Shown here in pieces: positions 38,054 to 47,233 of a stretch of DNA of 64,000 nucleotides (positions within the stretch are counted from its first letter, which is position 1; each line of letters opens with the position of its first letter). Where the stretch lies: positions 51,386 to 115,385 of the forward strand of contig VGJV01000002.1 in NCBI GenBank assembly GCA_016867315.1. Reading direction: 5' to 3'. Source of the stretch: Candidatus Liptonbacteria bacterium. Lineage in GTDB: Bacteria > Patescibacteriota > Minisyncoccia > UBA6257 > 2-01-FULL-56-20. A model generated the notes under the pieces. The model was not told where the DNA came from. It was given only the letters and a program-made list of their open reading frames with translations, and did no database searches. Both the position numbers and the translations under genes were made by a program.

Positions 38054-38143
38054 ATATGTCCGGCGGGGATTCTCGGAGCGCGACGGCGTGAGAGTATAGC
38101 GGCCGCGAGAGCCCCGCGCGGACCGCGTCCCCGCAGGACATAT
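38054..38143. repeat. GC-rich structured repeat, copy 4 (between the Kelch gene and the small membrane protein gene)
   Basis: Core GGGATTCTCGGAGCGCGACGGCGTGAGAGTATAGCGGCCGCGAGAGCCCCGCGCGGACCGCGTCCCC. Flanked by atatgtccggcgggga ... tccccgcaggacatat (16-bp helix, one mismatch). Confidence 0.6.
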
Positions 38144-38157
38144 GGGAAGCAACAGAA

Positions 38158-39276
38158 CTACTTAGCAAACGACGAATACCACACCTCGTTATCCCAGCCC
38201 CAATCATTCCGCATTCCTCCGGAAATCCACATCCGATCATGAAACACCACCGCGCCATGGTCTTCTCTTCCAAGCCACGAGGGGTCTCGATCGGTTTTTT
38301 CCCAAGTAACCCCATCTTTCGTAAACCATACATCATTCACTCCGCGAGATTCCGGATCATTCAAACGCCCCAAACTCCAAAGCGCGCCCTCAAAAGAAAG
38401 AAGTGCATGCCCCTGCCGTTCAGCCCAAGGCGGAGTATTCGTGAGTAATCTCCACGCACTTCCATTCTCGGAAACCCACACATCGCGGAACGTGCGCCCC
38501 GCAAGGTCCATACCTCCAGTAAGATATAGCCTATCATTAAACACAGCGACTGCATGATCCCAGCGGGGAATCCATTCTGCTTTGCCAGTTTCCTCCGTCC
38601 AATACACCCCATCCGCCGAAGACCACACATCGCTAAGAGTGCGATCTCCGTACCGCACTCCTCCGATAAGCCAAATTTTGTCGCGCCATACAAGGAGCGT
38701 ATGTCCCTCGCGAGGGATCCAGGGCGCCGCAGAAACCATCTGCTCCCATTGCCCCCCATCCTCGGTAACCCATATATCGTTTTTATATCCTACCTCAGGC
38801 CCCCACCCACCCATCACCCAAAGTTTTCCCCTGAATTCCACTGCCTGAATCGAACGCCGTTTTCCCCAAGGAGCGTGATCTAAAACTTTTTCCCATGTAA
38901 GTCCCGTCTTAGAAGTCCATACGTCATCAAAATACGGCGCTTCCCAATATCGCACATGCTCACCCGCGGCATCCCGAGTAACCAACCCATTGCCGTTGAG
39001 TCCTCCCATCACCCATAAAGCATCTTTGAATACGACAAACGCATGCGAATCCCGCGCCTCCCACATTGGAGATTGAGGCGCCCGATACCACTCGAGCGTA
39101 GGAAGCAAAGGCTGAGGTTCGGGCGGCAAAGGAAGAAGCGCAGGAGCAAATGCCTGTGGCAAAAGCGCCGGTTCATAAATCCCAAGTTCTTTTAAAACTC
39201 CTTGTCGCCAAAATCCAAAAACGATAAGTATCGCGCCTAGGCCTATTCCGATGGCCACCGCCTCATGGTGTCTCAT
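38158..39276 (-). CDS. Membrane-anchored Kelch-repeat beta-propeller protein
   Basis: N-terminal TM helix (AVAIGIGLGAILIVFGFW) then six or more Kelch-like repeats (...WVMGG..., ...IWLIGG..., ...LYLTGG..., ...MWISGG... with a recurring DVW). Trimmed to the MRHHEA start. Confidence 0.7.
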   Translation of the reverse strand: MRHHEAVAIGIGLGAILIVFGFWRQGVLKELGIYEPALLPQAFAPALLPLPPEPQPLLPTLEWYRAPQSPMWEARDSHAFVVFKDALWVMGGLNGNGLVTRDAAGEHVRYWEAPYFDDVWTSKTGLTWEKVLDHAPWGKRRSIQAVEFRGKLWVMGGWGPEVGYKNDIWVTEDGGQWEQMVSAAPWIPREGHTLLVWRDKIWLIGGVRYGDRTLSDVWSSADGVYWTEETGKAEWIPRWDHAVAVFNDRLYLTGGMDLAGRTFRDVWVSENGSAWRLLTNTPPWAERQGHALLSFEGALWSLGRLNDPESRGVNDVWFTKDGVTWEKTDRDPSWLGREDHGAVVFHDRMWISGGMRNDWGWDNEVWYSSFAK

Positions 39277-39283
39277 ATGAAAT

Positions 39284-41083
39284 TTAATTTTGCCCCATCC
39301 AATCATAAGAAGTATCAAGCCACGCGAGGAGCTTCTTAGCCTCTCCAAAACGATCTTCGGACTCGAGAAGGACTCCAATAATATACCCCTGCCCCTTTGG
39401 ACTCTCTGCCGCGAAGATAAAAGCTTGTCCTGCCCGCGGCGTCTCTCCGGTTTTGCCGGCAAAAACTTCGAAAGGAGCATTCGAAGAATTACTCAGTAAT
39501 GCGTTGGTAGTACGAACGCGATACGTATTGCCACGCGTGCTCCGTACTCGCGTGTCAGGTGTTCCTAATATAGTGCGAAGCGAGGGATGCACCTCGAGCA
39601 CCTCGCGGAAGAGGGCGACAAGCTCGCGGGGCGCAGCTCGATTCAGCGAACTGTCTTTTGCACCATCAAGTCCGGTCACATTAGAAATCGCTACGGCGCT
39701 AAGCCCCAACCTTTGAGCCTCTTCTTTCATAAGCTCGATAAACTTTTCATTCCCTATAGCGTCCGCAAGCGCCCGCGCCGCCGGATTCGATGACTCTATA
39801 AGAAGCAACGAAAGCATCTCTTCTATGGAAATAGCTTCTCCCGCTTCAAGCCGAGCCTGCCCCTCCTTCACCGCTTCCCGAGCAGCCGACAAAGAAACGG
39901 TGATGAGTGTTCCTGGCGGGAAAAGTTTCTCCGCTACAATAGCCGTAAAAAGTTTAGTGATACTCGCGATAGCGCGCGGCACTCGAGACTCCTTTTCCAT
40001 AAGAATCTTGGGCTCGCCTTCCCATGGTATATACACTGCGAGTGCCCCTTGAGCGGAAAGTTCTAACCCGCTGGCTGGACCACGAAATCGGGGATAGCGC
40101 TCATCTCCATGCAAGGCAAGATATTCCGCGGTTCCCACGTTGCCCTCTTTGATCCCTTTCGCAATTGCCTCCCCTACAAATCGATAATGCCAAGGCTCAT
40201 GCATATAGGTCGTGATGGTTTCCCGCTCGGGCGGATAAGATTGTACAAATCCAAATTCTGCAGCATGCCTCTCCAACCAACGCCCCTCTTCGGTTTTATG
40301 GAAATTCAAAGGCGTCCCTCTAAACCCTACGGTAAATCCTGTGAGATCTACCGTAGTTCCTAACTGGTGCTCAGAAGCCCCGGGAGGAGCCACGGCGTTG
40401 CGTGCGCGCTCTCCCTCAACTGCGAGCCAATACTCAAAAAGAGCTTTTTGCACCTCTGCCGAGCGGAAACCGGAACTCACTCCCAACTGAATATTTTCTT
40501 TTTTGGCTGCCTCGAGCATTCGCCTGAGAGCTCCTGCGGTCTCCTCTCGTAAACAAATAATTCCATTTGTCCAAATTCCCTTCGCTTCAAGCACCACAAG
40601 ATCCGCAGGCGCATACGCGTACGGCAAGGAATGCTCCTTGTCTACGCGATACAAAGAAAAATCCGGATATGCTCCTGAAGGTTTGGGACACACTACGTCA
40701 AAATACAGTCTATTTATGTGCTCTCGAGTTTCGGCATCAAATGTTCCCGTCTCCGGTAAATTTTCTTCTTTCTGCAAAGCACGCACTGCGGCCTGCGTCC
40801 GGTCGCCGTAAAAACCGGAAACATCTTTTGCATTCAAAAAGTTTTGCTGCGCAAGTGTCCGCTGCAGCAATGTCACATCTGCACCTCGAATTCCCTTTCC
40901 CAAATCCCGAGTAAAACCAGCTCGAGCCCGCCACTCCCGCGCGGCATTCACTTCGAGCCGAAGCAACGCCGCCACCTGCGACTCGGAAATTTCCTCCTCA
41001 ATAACCGCCTTATGCACGAGAAGTCCGCTAAGGATTACCGTAATCCCTACCGCCCCTCCGATCCACATAAACCATCGACTCAT
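39284..41083 (-). CDS. Multidomain cell-wall enzyme: peptidoglycan-binding domain, M15 (VanY-like) D-Ala-D-Ala carboxypeptidase, and S11 serine DD-carboxypeptidase (PBP5-like)
   Basis: TM anchor. PG_binding_1-like segment (DVTLLQRTLAQQNFL...GFYGDRTQAAVRALQ). VanY-like SGFRSAEVQ ... EHQLGTTVD. Serine peptidase SITK (SxxK) and SSN motifs. Trimmed to the MSRWFMW start. Confidence 0.7.
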   Translation of the reverse strand: MSRWFMWIGGAVGITVILSGLLVHKAVIEEEISESQVAALLRLEVNAAREWRARAGFTRDLGKGIRGADVTLLQRTLAQQNFLNAKDVSGFYGDRTQAAVRALQKEENLPETGTFDAETREHINRLYFDVVCPKPSGAYPDFSLYRVDKEHSLPYAYAPADLVVLEAKGIWTNGIICLREETAGALRRMLEAAKKENIQLGVSSGFRSAEVQKALFEYWLAVEGERARNAVAPPGASEHQLGTTVDLTGFTVGFRGTPLNFHKTEEGRWLERHAAEFGFVQSYPPERETITTYMHEPWHYRFVGEAIAKGIKEGNVGTAEYLALHGDERYPRFRGPASGLELSAQGALAVYIPWEGEPKILMEKESRVPRAIASITKLFTAIVAEKLFPPGTLITVSLSAAREAVKEGQARLEAGEAISIEEMLSLLLIESSNPAARALADAIGNEKFIELMKEEAQRLGLSAVAISNVTGLDGAKDSSLNRAAPRELVALFREVLEVHPSLRTILGTPDTRVRSTRGNTYRVRTTNALLSNSSNAPFEVFAGKTGETPRAGQAFIFAAESPKGQGYIIGVLLESEDRFGEAKKLLAWLDTSYDWMGQN

Positions 41084-41302
41084 ATGAAAATAAGAGTACA
41101 CGACAAGGAAGCTCCTCGCCAGGAGTTTTTGCCAATTGAAGAGAGTTATGGTATACTTCCGCGGTAAGTGTTCTCGGAGGTTTTCTGAACCCAAGACACC
41201 TTGAGTGTTGTAAGGCGAGGAACCAGAAGAGAGAGGGGGTCTCGAGCAATTTGCTCTTAATTAATAAGACTCCAGGTCGCCTTACAGCCTATACGAAGAA
41301 AA

Positions 41303-41590
41303 ATGGCTAAAAGATTGTACGTAGGAGGACTTCCCTATTCCACCACGCAGGACGAGTTGAAAGACGCGTTCGCGCAAGCGGGAACTGTGGAATCCGCCTC
41401 GATCATCACCGACAAAATGTCCGGCCGCTCCAAAGGTTTTGGTTTCGTCGAAATGTCGACTGACGCGGAAGCGCAGAAGGCAATTGAGATGTGGAACGGA
41501 AAAGACTTTGGTGGACGGAAATTGACGGTGAACGAAGCACGGCCCATGGAGGCCCGTGCACCCCGCAGCGGTGGTGGAGGAAACTGGTAA
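41303..41590 (+). CDS. RNA-binding protein with a single RRM domain and a Gly-rich tail
   Basis: RNP-2 LYVGGL and RNP-1 KGFGFVEM. Confidence 0.85.
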   Translation: MAKRLYVGGLPYSTTQDELKDAFAQAGTVESASIITDKMSGRSKGFGFVEMSTDAEAQKAIEMWNGKDFGGRKLTVNEARPMEARAPRSGGGGNW

Positions 41591-41610
41591 CCCAGTCCCC
41601 TCGCAACGGG

Positions 41611-41640
41611 AAAACACCCCGACCTAGGTCGGGGTGTTTT
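41611..41640 (+). terminator. Rho-independent terminator after the RRM protein gene
   Basis: aaaacaccccgacctaggtcggggtgtttt is a perfect hairpin followed by a T-run. Confidence 0.7.
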
Positions 41641-41725
41641 ATTGTGCCCTGAGCGAAGCCAAAAGTTTTGACAAGAACGGGAAGATATTATAAAGTTTTG
41701 CCGGCCTTTTAAACAATTTTATATT

Positions 41726-42307
41726 ATGGAAACAACTACCGAACCAAACCGAATCTGCATCTTGCTGCTTGAGGATAACGTGGAAAATGTGAGAAGGGTG
41801 GAAAGCACACTTAAAACCGCCGGGTTGAATCATTCAATTCTATGGGTAAAAACCAATGAGGATTTTGCAGGAGAACTGTCAAATTCAGCTCCCTCTCAAA
41901 TAATCCTCTCAGGATGGAAAGGAACGGCTTTCGAGGGCCTCACCGCTCTCGACATTACTAGAGAAAGAACTCCCACCATTCCATTTCTATTCGTTACAAA
42001 CTCGCCGGGCGACTCTGCAATTATCGAAGCATTCCGTCGTGGAGCTACCGATTTTATTGTAGGAAACCAACTCTCCACCGAGCTCATCCCGGCAATCACG
42101 CGAGCCCTAGAAATCGCAAAAAAACGCCTGGGAAAATATCTCCCCATTTGTAGTCATTGCAAAAAGATTCGAGAAGGCACAAATCAATGGTATCAACTCG
42201 AAAGATTTTTCACAGACAAAGTGGGGGTTCGATTCAGTCATTCTATCTGCCCAGACTGTTTTGCAAAACAAATGGCAGATATCGAAAATCTGCCTCTACC
42301 CAAATAA
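41726..42307 (+). CDS. Receiver (REC)-like domain protein lacking the phospho-acceptor Asp, with a C-terminal CxxC...CxxC zinc-finger-like domain
   Basis: CheY-like fold (ICILLLEDN...FLFVTNS...). The D57-equivalent position reads IILSGW and no conserved Lys is present. C-terminus is CSHCKK...(25)...CPDC. Confidence 0.6.
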   Translation: METTTEPNRICILLLEDNVENVRRVESTLKTAGLNHSILWVKTNEDFAGELSNSAPSQIILSGWKGTAFEGLTALDITRERTPTIPFLFVTNSPGDSAIIEAFRRGATDFIVGNQLSTELIPAITRALEIAKKRLGKYLPICSHCKKIREGTNQWYQLERFFTDKVGVRFSHSICPDCFAKQMADIENLPLPK

Positions 42308-42340
42308 CAACGAATTCCACGGAACTTTGAGCGAGACCAA

Positions 42341-42385
42341 AAAGAAGCCCGGAGGCGCAGGGCGCTCCGGGCTTCTTACATTTCA
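42341..42385 (+). terminator. Rho-independent terminator after the REC-like gene
   Basis: aaaagaagcccggaggcgcagggcgctccgggcttcttacattt is a long GC hairpin plus a T-rich run. Confidence 0.65.
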
Positions 42386-42513
42386 AAATGAAGCCCCTTC
42401 ATATACCCTTCACTCTCCGAGCTTAGGCTTCTAAACAGGGGCAGCCGGGATGCTGTCCTCCCCCTTAACAAGAAACCAAACCGGGCTGCAAGATAGCCTA
42501 AAGAAAGGAGTCG

Positions 42514-43302
42514 ATGATGGCCAAAGGGTTACGGCCGTTCTTCGATACAGTGTTGCACGCAGCTGGAGCAAAATTGTTCTGGCGACATCAGAGAGGGAAA
42601 ACCGAAGCCCTCTTTTCTAAATCAGATAATCCAGCGGATAGGGTAACAAGGGGCGATTATGATTCCACTCGGATTATCGAAAAACATCTGCGAGCCGAAT
42701 TCCCCGACCACAAAAGGATTGGGGAAGAAGGAAAACGACGATGGATATTAGATCCTAAAAACGGTACATGGATCTACGATCCCTTGGACGGCACGTGGAA
42801 CTTTTCTCAACACGACCCACGCTTTGCAGTGATGATGGCATTCGCGCAAAGCAATGAGCTCGAGGCAGCAGGGATATTTTTCCCTATCACCAACCAATTC
42901 TACTTCGCGCAGCGAGGCAGAGGACTTTTCCTTAACGGAAATCGGGTACCTCTTTGCGACGGGAAAGAAAGGAGAAGTAAGAATGGCGGTTGTGTGGGAG
43001 ACAAAAATCTGCCTCAGGTGGAAAGACTCATCAAAAGATTCAGATTCGCCACCTGGAACGAGTGCGTCGCGTGGGATGCGGACATGCTCATTCAGGGACA
43101 AGCCAATTGGCTCGTCTCATTCGAAGCGATGATTTGGGACTATGCTCCCGTCGCGCTTATCCTTATGGAAGGAGGCTTCGTCGTGACGAACGCCGAAGGC
43201 GCTCCTTGGTCCTTAACGGACAACACACTGGTCGCAGCGCCCGTTGCTGGCCATCCGAATATACTGAAACACGTGAAGAAAGTGAGAAAGCTCATCAAAT
43301 GA
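42514..43302 (+). CDS. Inositol monophosphatase family protein (SuhB/IMPase-like)
   Basis: IYDPLDGTWNF (DPxDGT) and WDxA-type motifs. Confidence 0.75.
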   Translation: MMAKGLRPFFDTVLHAAGAKLFWRHQRGKTEALFSKSDNPADRVTRGDYDSTRIIEKHLRAEFPDHKRIGEEGKRRWILDPKNGTWIYDPLDGTWNFSQHDPRFAVMMAFAQSNELEAAGIFFPITNQFYFAQRGRGLFLNGNRVPLCDGKERRSKNGGCVGDKNLPQVERLIKRFRFATWNECVAWDADMLIQGQANWLVSFEAMIWDYAPVALILMEGGFVVTNAEGAPWSLTDNTLVAAPVAGHPNILKHVKKVRKLIK

Positions 43303-43336
43303 GGCCCAAGATTACCAAGGAGGGGCCTCTTTTCAT

Positions 43337-43999
43337 TTATATCTTCTCTGCGTTTTCTACCCGGAAGGTTCCGATCTGCGTCCGGCGCAAACTCCAAAGC
43401 GTCGCCGGCACCCCTACACGCTTTCCAATCTCTTCCGCCAAAGAACGGATATACGTTCCGCTTGCGACTTCTGTCTCAAACTTCAGAACTACCCCCTCTC
43501 CTTCCTGGCAAATTCCTTGAAATGTAATTCGAATCACTTCCATTTCTTTTTCGGGAGGAGTAAATTCCTCCCTTTGTCGTGCTTTTGCATACAAACGCTT
43601 CCCACCCACCTTAATCGCCGAATATTTTGGTACCGGCAACATAATCTTTCCCACCATGCTTTTTAAAACTCCCTCCGAGCTTTCTTTTAGAAATTCGAAA
43701 TTAGTAATGAGTAATTTCTCGAGGACCTTCCCTTCCCTATCTCCCGTGTCTGTGCGCATTCCAAGCATTACCTCTGCCTCGTAGACTTTTGGCAACTTCA
43801 GATATTCTTGTAATTTTTTTGTACCCTCCCCCACCGCCACAATCATGAGTCCCGTGGCCAGTGGGTCGAGCGTGCCCGCATGCCCCATCTTGGGAAAAGG
43901 CGCCGAATGGCCATTTTCTCTAAACTTTCGCCGCAGTCTTCGGATCACATCAAACGACGTGATCCCGGAAGGCTTGTCTATAAGCAAAATGTTGTGCAT
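43337..43999 (-). CDS. truB: tRNA pseudouridine(55) synthase TruB
   Basis: [14 protein letters not shown] ... [14 protein letters not shown] catalytic Asp motif. Confidence 0.85.
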   Translation of the reverse strand: MHNILLIDKPSGITSFDVIRRLRRKFRENGHSAPFPKMGHAGTLDPLATGLMIVAVGEGTKKLQEYLKLPKVYEAEVMLGMRTDTGDREGKVLEKLLITNFEFLKESSEGVLKSMVGKIMLPVPKYSAIKVGGKRLYAKARQREEFTPPEKEMEVIRITFQGICQEGEGVVLKFETEVASGTYIRSLAEEIGKRVGVPATLWSLRRTQIGTFRVENAEKI

Positions 44000-44056
44000 A
44001 TGAAATATAAGAAATCGTGGAGGTCCGCATTGCTGCAGACCTCAACTTTTTTCAAT

Positions 44057-44467
44057 CTACTCCGAAGGATCAGAGACGGGCCGAAGTCCTCCCAATTTGT
44101 GGTAGAGCTCCGCCGATAACCCAAAATGATTCGTCGCGCGCTCATCTGCTCCGCGTTCGACGAGCAGCGCAAGCATGAGTTCGCTGTGCATTGCGGCCGC
44201 CACCATAAGCGGAGTGGTTCCATATTCGCTTTTCACATCGATATCCATCCCCGCCCCCAGAAGGGCTACGACAACCGCTTCATTCTCTGCGGCGACCGCG
44301 AGATGGAGAAGAGTAAGGCCGTTTTTCCCGCGCAAGGATAAAAAGGAATGGGGGCTGAAAAGAATGTCCCCTTCTTTTCTCTTTAAAATCTCTACCAGTT
44401 CTCCTCCCTCGTTCGTATCTACGCTAGTCACATTCATCTCAGCTATCTGCATAGTATCGTCATTCAT
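44057..44467 (-). CDS. Ankyrin-repeat protein
   Basis: Three or more ANK repeats (GLTLLHLAVAAENEAVVVALLGAGMDIDVKSEYGTTPLMVAAAMH...). Confidence 0.75.
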   Translation of the reverse strand: MNDDTMQIAEMNVTSVDTNEGGELVEILKRKEGDILFSPHSFLSLRGKNGLTLLHLAVAAENEAVVVALLGAGMDIDVKSEYGTTPLMVAAAMHSELMLALLVERGADERATNHFGLSAELYHKLGGLRPVSDPSE

Positions 44468-44571
44468 AAACTCATCGGGTTAAATTGTTGCTAGTGCCGC
44501 GACTATTAAACCACCCATAAGAAAGGTGTCAAACAAAACCCAAGTCGCGTAACTCCAGTGTTTCTTACGTT

Positions 44572-45603
44572 CTAGATTCTCCCCGGTTTCACGCGCGGCG
44601 TGGTCGAAGTGGGCATAGGCCCGAAGATACTCTGCACAAATTCTTCGATGGACACGGAAGAAGCAGGAGCCTCGATAGTAACAGGCACATTGAAATCCTT
44701 CCAAAGAGTAGTAATGGTCATCTTCCCATAATTATCCTTCCCATCTTGGAAAGGAATCATGACCATAGCTTTCGAGGGAAGAAGCTTCGTCTTATCCACC
44801 CATAATTCCGCCTTCACGCTTCCTAATATGGCCACCAATCTCTTCCTATCTTCCGGTTTCCAAAGCTCTTCTATTTCCTCCTCGGCAGTTTCTCGGACGT
44901 ACTCTTCGAGAGCTCGGAGTAAATTTTCCGCATTGGGTTGTATCTCATAATGATAAGAAAGCACCCCCTCCACATCCTCTTCTCGTAACACCTTGGAAAC
45001 TTTAACGAGCTTCTCGTCTCCAAATGCTTTTTTGAATTTCTCCATCTGTTCGGCAAAAGAAGGAGTAGAAGCGGAAAAGGAATCCGCCCCAAACTGTTCC
45101 GCCTGCTTTTGAAGGGCTTGAGGGTCAATCTTAATCCACTTTCGCGCAAATGGTTGCAAATTGATAAATCCCCAAAGCGGGGCTTTTGCCAATTGGACGT
45201 ATTGGAGATTATCTTTCGCAATCATCTGGATTGCTCCCTCTATTTTTTGATCTTCCTGAATCATGCGAAACGTCATTGTCTGGTCAAACGCAGGATTCTC
45301 GGTCTCCGTCAAGTCATATGCTCCCTCTATGGAAAAAGTAAGAGGAGAAGAAGAAGAAAAGGGCAAAAGCGCCGCAATTCCTCCTGCCTGAGGATTCTTT
45401 GCTACGATGGCGTCGTAATTCAAAAGAAGTTGCGCCTCACTAGAAGTACGAAAGGACTGGGCATTCTGGAGGTTATCGAACGTCCCTTGAATCACCTTTT
45501 CCGGAGGCAATCCCGAAGTAGGGGTAAGCCAATATACGAGCCCTCCCGCCACAATAATTGCAGCTACCCCAAGCGCCTTAAGCGCCGTAGAAGAAATTTG
45601 CAT
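44572..45603 (-). CDS. Hypothetical secreted/anchored protein
   Basis: Trimmed to MQISSTALKALGVAAIIVAGGLVYW (signal-anchor). 344 aa with no recognisable domain. Confidence 0.5.
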   Translation of the reverse strand: MQISSTALKALGVAAIIVAGGLVYWLTPTSGLPPEKVIQGTFDNLQNAQSFRTSSEAQLLLNYDAIVAKNPQAGGIAALLPFSSSSPLTFSIEGAYDLTETENPAFDQTMTFRMIQEDQKIEGAIQMIAKDNLQYVQLAKAPLWGFINLQPFARKWIKIDPQALQKQAEQFGADSFSASTPSFAEQMEKFKKAFGDEKLVKVSKVLREEDVEGVLSYHYEIQPNAENLLRALEEYVRETAEEEIEELWKPEDRKRLVAILGSVKAELWVDKTKLLPSKAMVMIPFQDGKDNYGKMTITTLWKDFNVPVTIEAPASSVSIEEFVQSIFGPMPTSTTPRVKPGRI

Positions 45604-45731
45604 AATGCTGGGATTATACTCCAACGCTATAAATTGACAAAAGACTCTCCGATTGGCATGCTCGAGGCAACAACCGATTGTGCTCATCGCCGTAAATGCG
45701 GCGAAATCACAATCCAACAAAAACTAAAACG

Positions 45732-45933
45732 TATGCAATCTCCTTCTATCTCTCTAATCCTGCTCGGAATTGTAATCCTCTTCCAAACCATAACCGGCGC
45801 GTACTTCCTGATCAAGAAATCCGGAAGTGTACTGGAAGAAGAGCGACGACTCGGAATTCCTGGGCGCTACCTGCTCCCCTTCGGAATAGTCATGCTCATC
45901 CTCTTTCTTATCAACGCATTCAATCCCTCTTAA
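45732..45933 (+). CDS. Small two-TM hydrophobic protein (66 aa)
   Basis: MQSPSISLILLGIVILFQTITGAYFLIKKSG...LLPFGIVMLILFLINAF. Found as the tail of a track ORF whose upstream portion is antisense to a bona fide gene. Confidence 0.35.
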
Positions 45934-45934
45934 T

Positions 45935-46090
45935 ATGCGCCCTCTTCTTGTCATTCTAAGTGCAGTGCTCATCATGGGCGGCCTCCTCACCACCGCCGTG
46001 GGCTGGAAAAGAGGGAATAACACGCTCGAATTTCGAGGATGGATTGCTGTGGTAATTGGAATCCTGGTGCTTCTGAAACTCTTTCCGTAA
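45935..46090 (+). CDS. Small two-TM hydrophobic protein (51 aa), tandem with the preceding one
   Basis: MRPLLVILSAVLIMGGLLTTAVGWKRGNNTLEFRGWIAVVIGILVLLKLFP. Its ATG is 1 nt after the previous stop. Below the ORF-track size cutoff. Confidence 0.3.
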   Translation: MRPLLVILSAVLIMGGLLTTAVGWKRGNNTLEFRGWIAVVIGILVLLKLFP

Positions 46091-46171
46091 AACAAGTATT
46101 GAAAAATACTCACAAAGAAAGCTCCTTCGGGAGCCTCTTCTTTTTCTGAAGAAGCACACTATACTACCCAT

Positions 46172-47233
46172 ATGGATTTGGCCCTCATTCTTATTCTCAT
46201 CCTGATTCTTGCCGCGCTCGCCGGTGGCTTTTGGTTTTTATGGCGGGAAATGCATCGCGAAAAAGAGGCAAAACCCGATCAATCCCTCCTTCTCCTTCAA
46301 AACCAAATCAATGAACTCTCCCGCGTACTTGATAACCGACTAGGGGATTCTGCGAAAGCAATCCAGACGCATTTTGGAGAAAGCACAAAACTTATCCGCG
46401 AAATCACCCAAGAACTCGTGCGCGTGGGCGAAGGTCAAAAACAAGTCCTCTCCATCACCGACCAACTCAAAAACCTCCAGGATATTTTGAAAAACCCGAA
46501 ACAGCGAGGAGTGCTGGGAGAATATTATCTGGAAACCGCCCTCCGAAACGTCCTCCCTCCGGGAAGCTATCAAATGCAATATCCCTTTAAAGATGGGACG
46601 ATCGTGGACGCAGTCATATTCCACCAAGGAAAAATCATCCCCATTGATTCCAAATTCTCCCTCGAAAACTACACGCGCATATTGGATTCGAAAACCGATG
46701 CAGATCGGAAAAAATTTGAGGAAGCGTTCCGCGGCGATCTAAAAACCCGTATCGATGAAACTTCAAAATATATAAAACCCACCGAAGGCACTATCGAGTT
46801 CGCCTTTATGTATATCCCCTCGGAAGGAATTTACTACGACCTCCTGGTCAATAAAGTAGGAGCGGTAGCCGCGCGCGACCTCCTAGAGTACGCCATTGCG
46901 GAAAAGAAGGTTGTCCCCGTCTCTCCTACGTCGTTTGCCGCCTATCTCCAAACAATTCTCATGGGTTTGAAACAAGCTGAAATTAACAAATCTGCTGATG
47001 AAATCCGAAAACGCGTGGGGGACTTGGGTCGCCACCTCATGAGCTTCGAAGAATACATGAAAAAATTAGGCGTGCAATTAGGCACTGCTTCGAAAACCTA
47101 TTCTAAAGCCTATCAGGAGCTCCGGAAAATAGACAAAGACGTGTTAAAAATCAGCGGCGAAACGATGGGTGTAGAACCTATGACGCTCGAAGCTCCGAGT
47201 TTTGACGAAGAAGAAAGCCAAGCACTACTTTAA
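46172..47233 (+). CDS. rmuC: DNA recombination protein RmuC
   Basis: N-terminal TM, coiled coil, and a conserved C-terminal RmuC domain (KNPKQRGVLGEYYLETALRNVLP...). Confidence 0.8.
   Translation: MDLALILILILILAALAGGFWFLWREMHREKEAKPDQSLLLLQNQINELSRVLDNRLGDSAKAIQTHFGESTKLIREITQELVRVGEGQKQVLSITDQLKNLQDILKNPKQRGVLGEYYLETALRNVLPPGSYQMQYPFKDGTIVDAVIFHQGKIIPIDSKFSLENYTRILDSKTDADRKKFEEAFRGDLKTRIDETSKYIKPTEGTIEFAFMYIPSEGIYYDLLVNKVGAVAARDLLEYAIAEKKVVPVSPTSFAAYLQTILMGLKQAEINKSADEIRKRVGDLGRHLMSFEEYMKKLGVQLGTASKTYSKAYQELRKIDKDVLKISGETMGVEPMTLEAPSFDEEESQALL

Noticed and set aside
37959-38336. N-terminal 126 residues of track ORF 37686..38336
   Set aside because: This stretch is the complement of structured repeat copy 4 plus flanks. 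Its peptide (MIGCGFPEECGMIGAGITRCGIRRLL...) looks like translated GC-rich non-coding sequence. The gene was trimmed to a GTG start at 37958.
45109-45731. 5' portion of the 274-aa plus-strand ORF
   Set aside because: Antisense to the 44572..45603 gene. Only its 3' tail (45732..45933) looks like a genuine small membrane protein.
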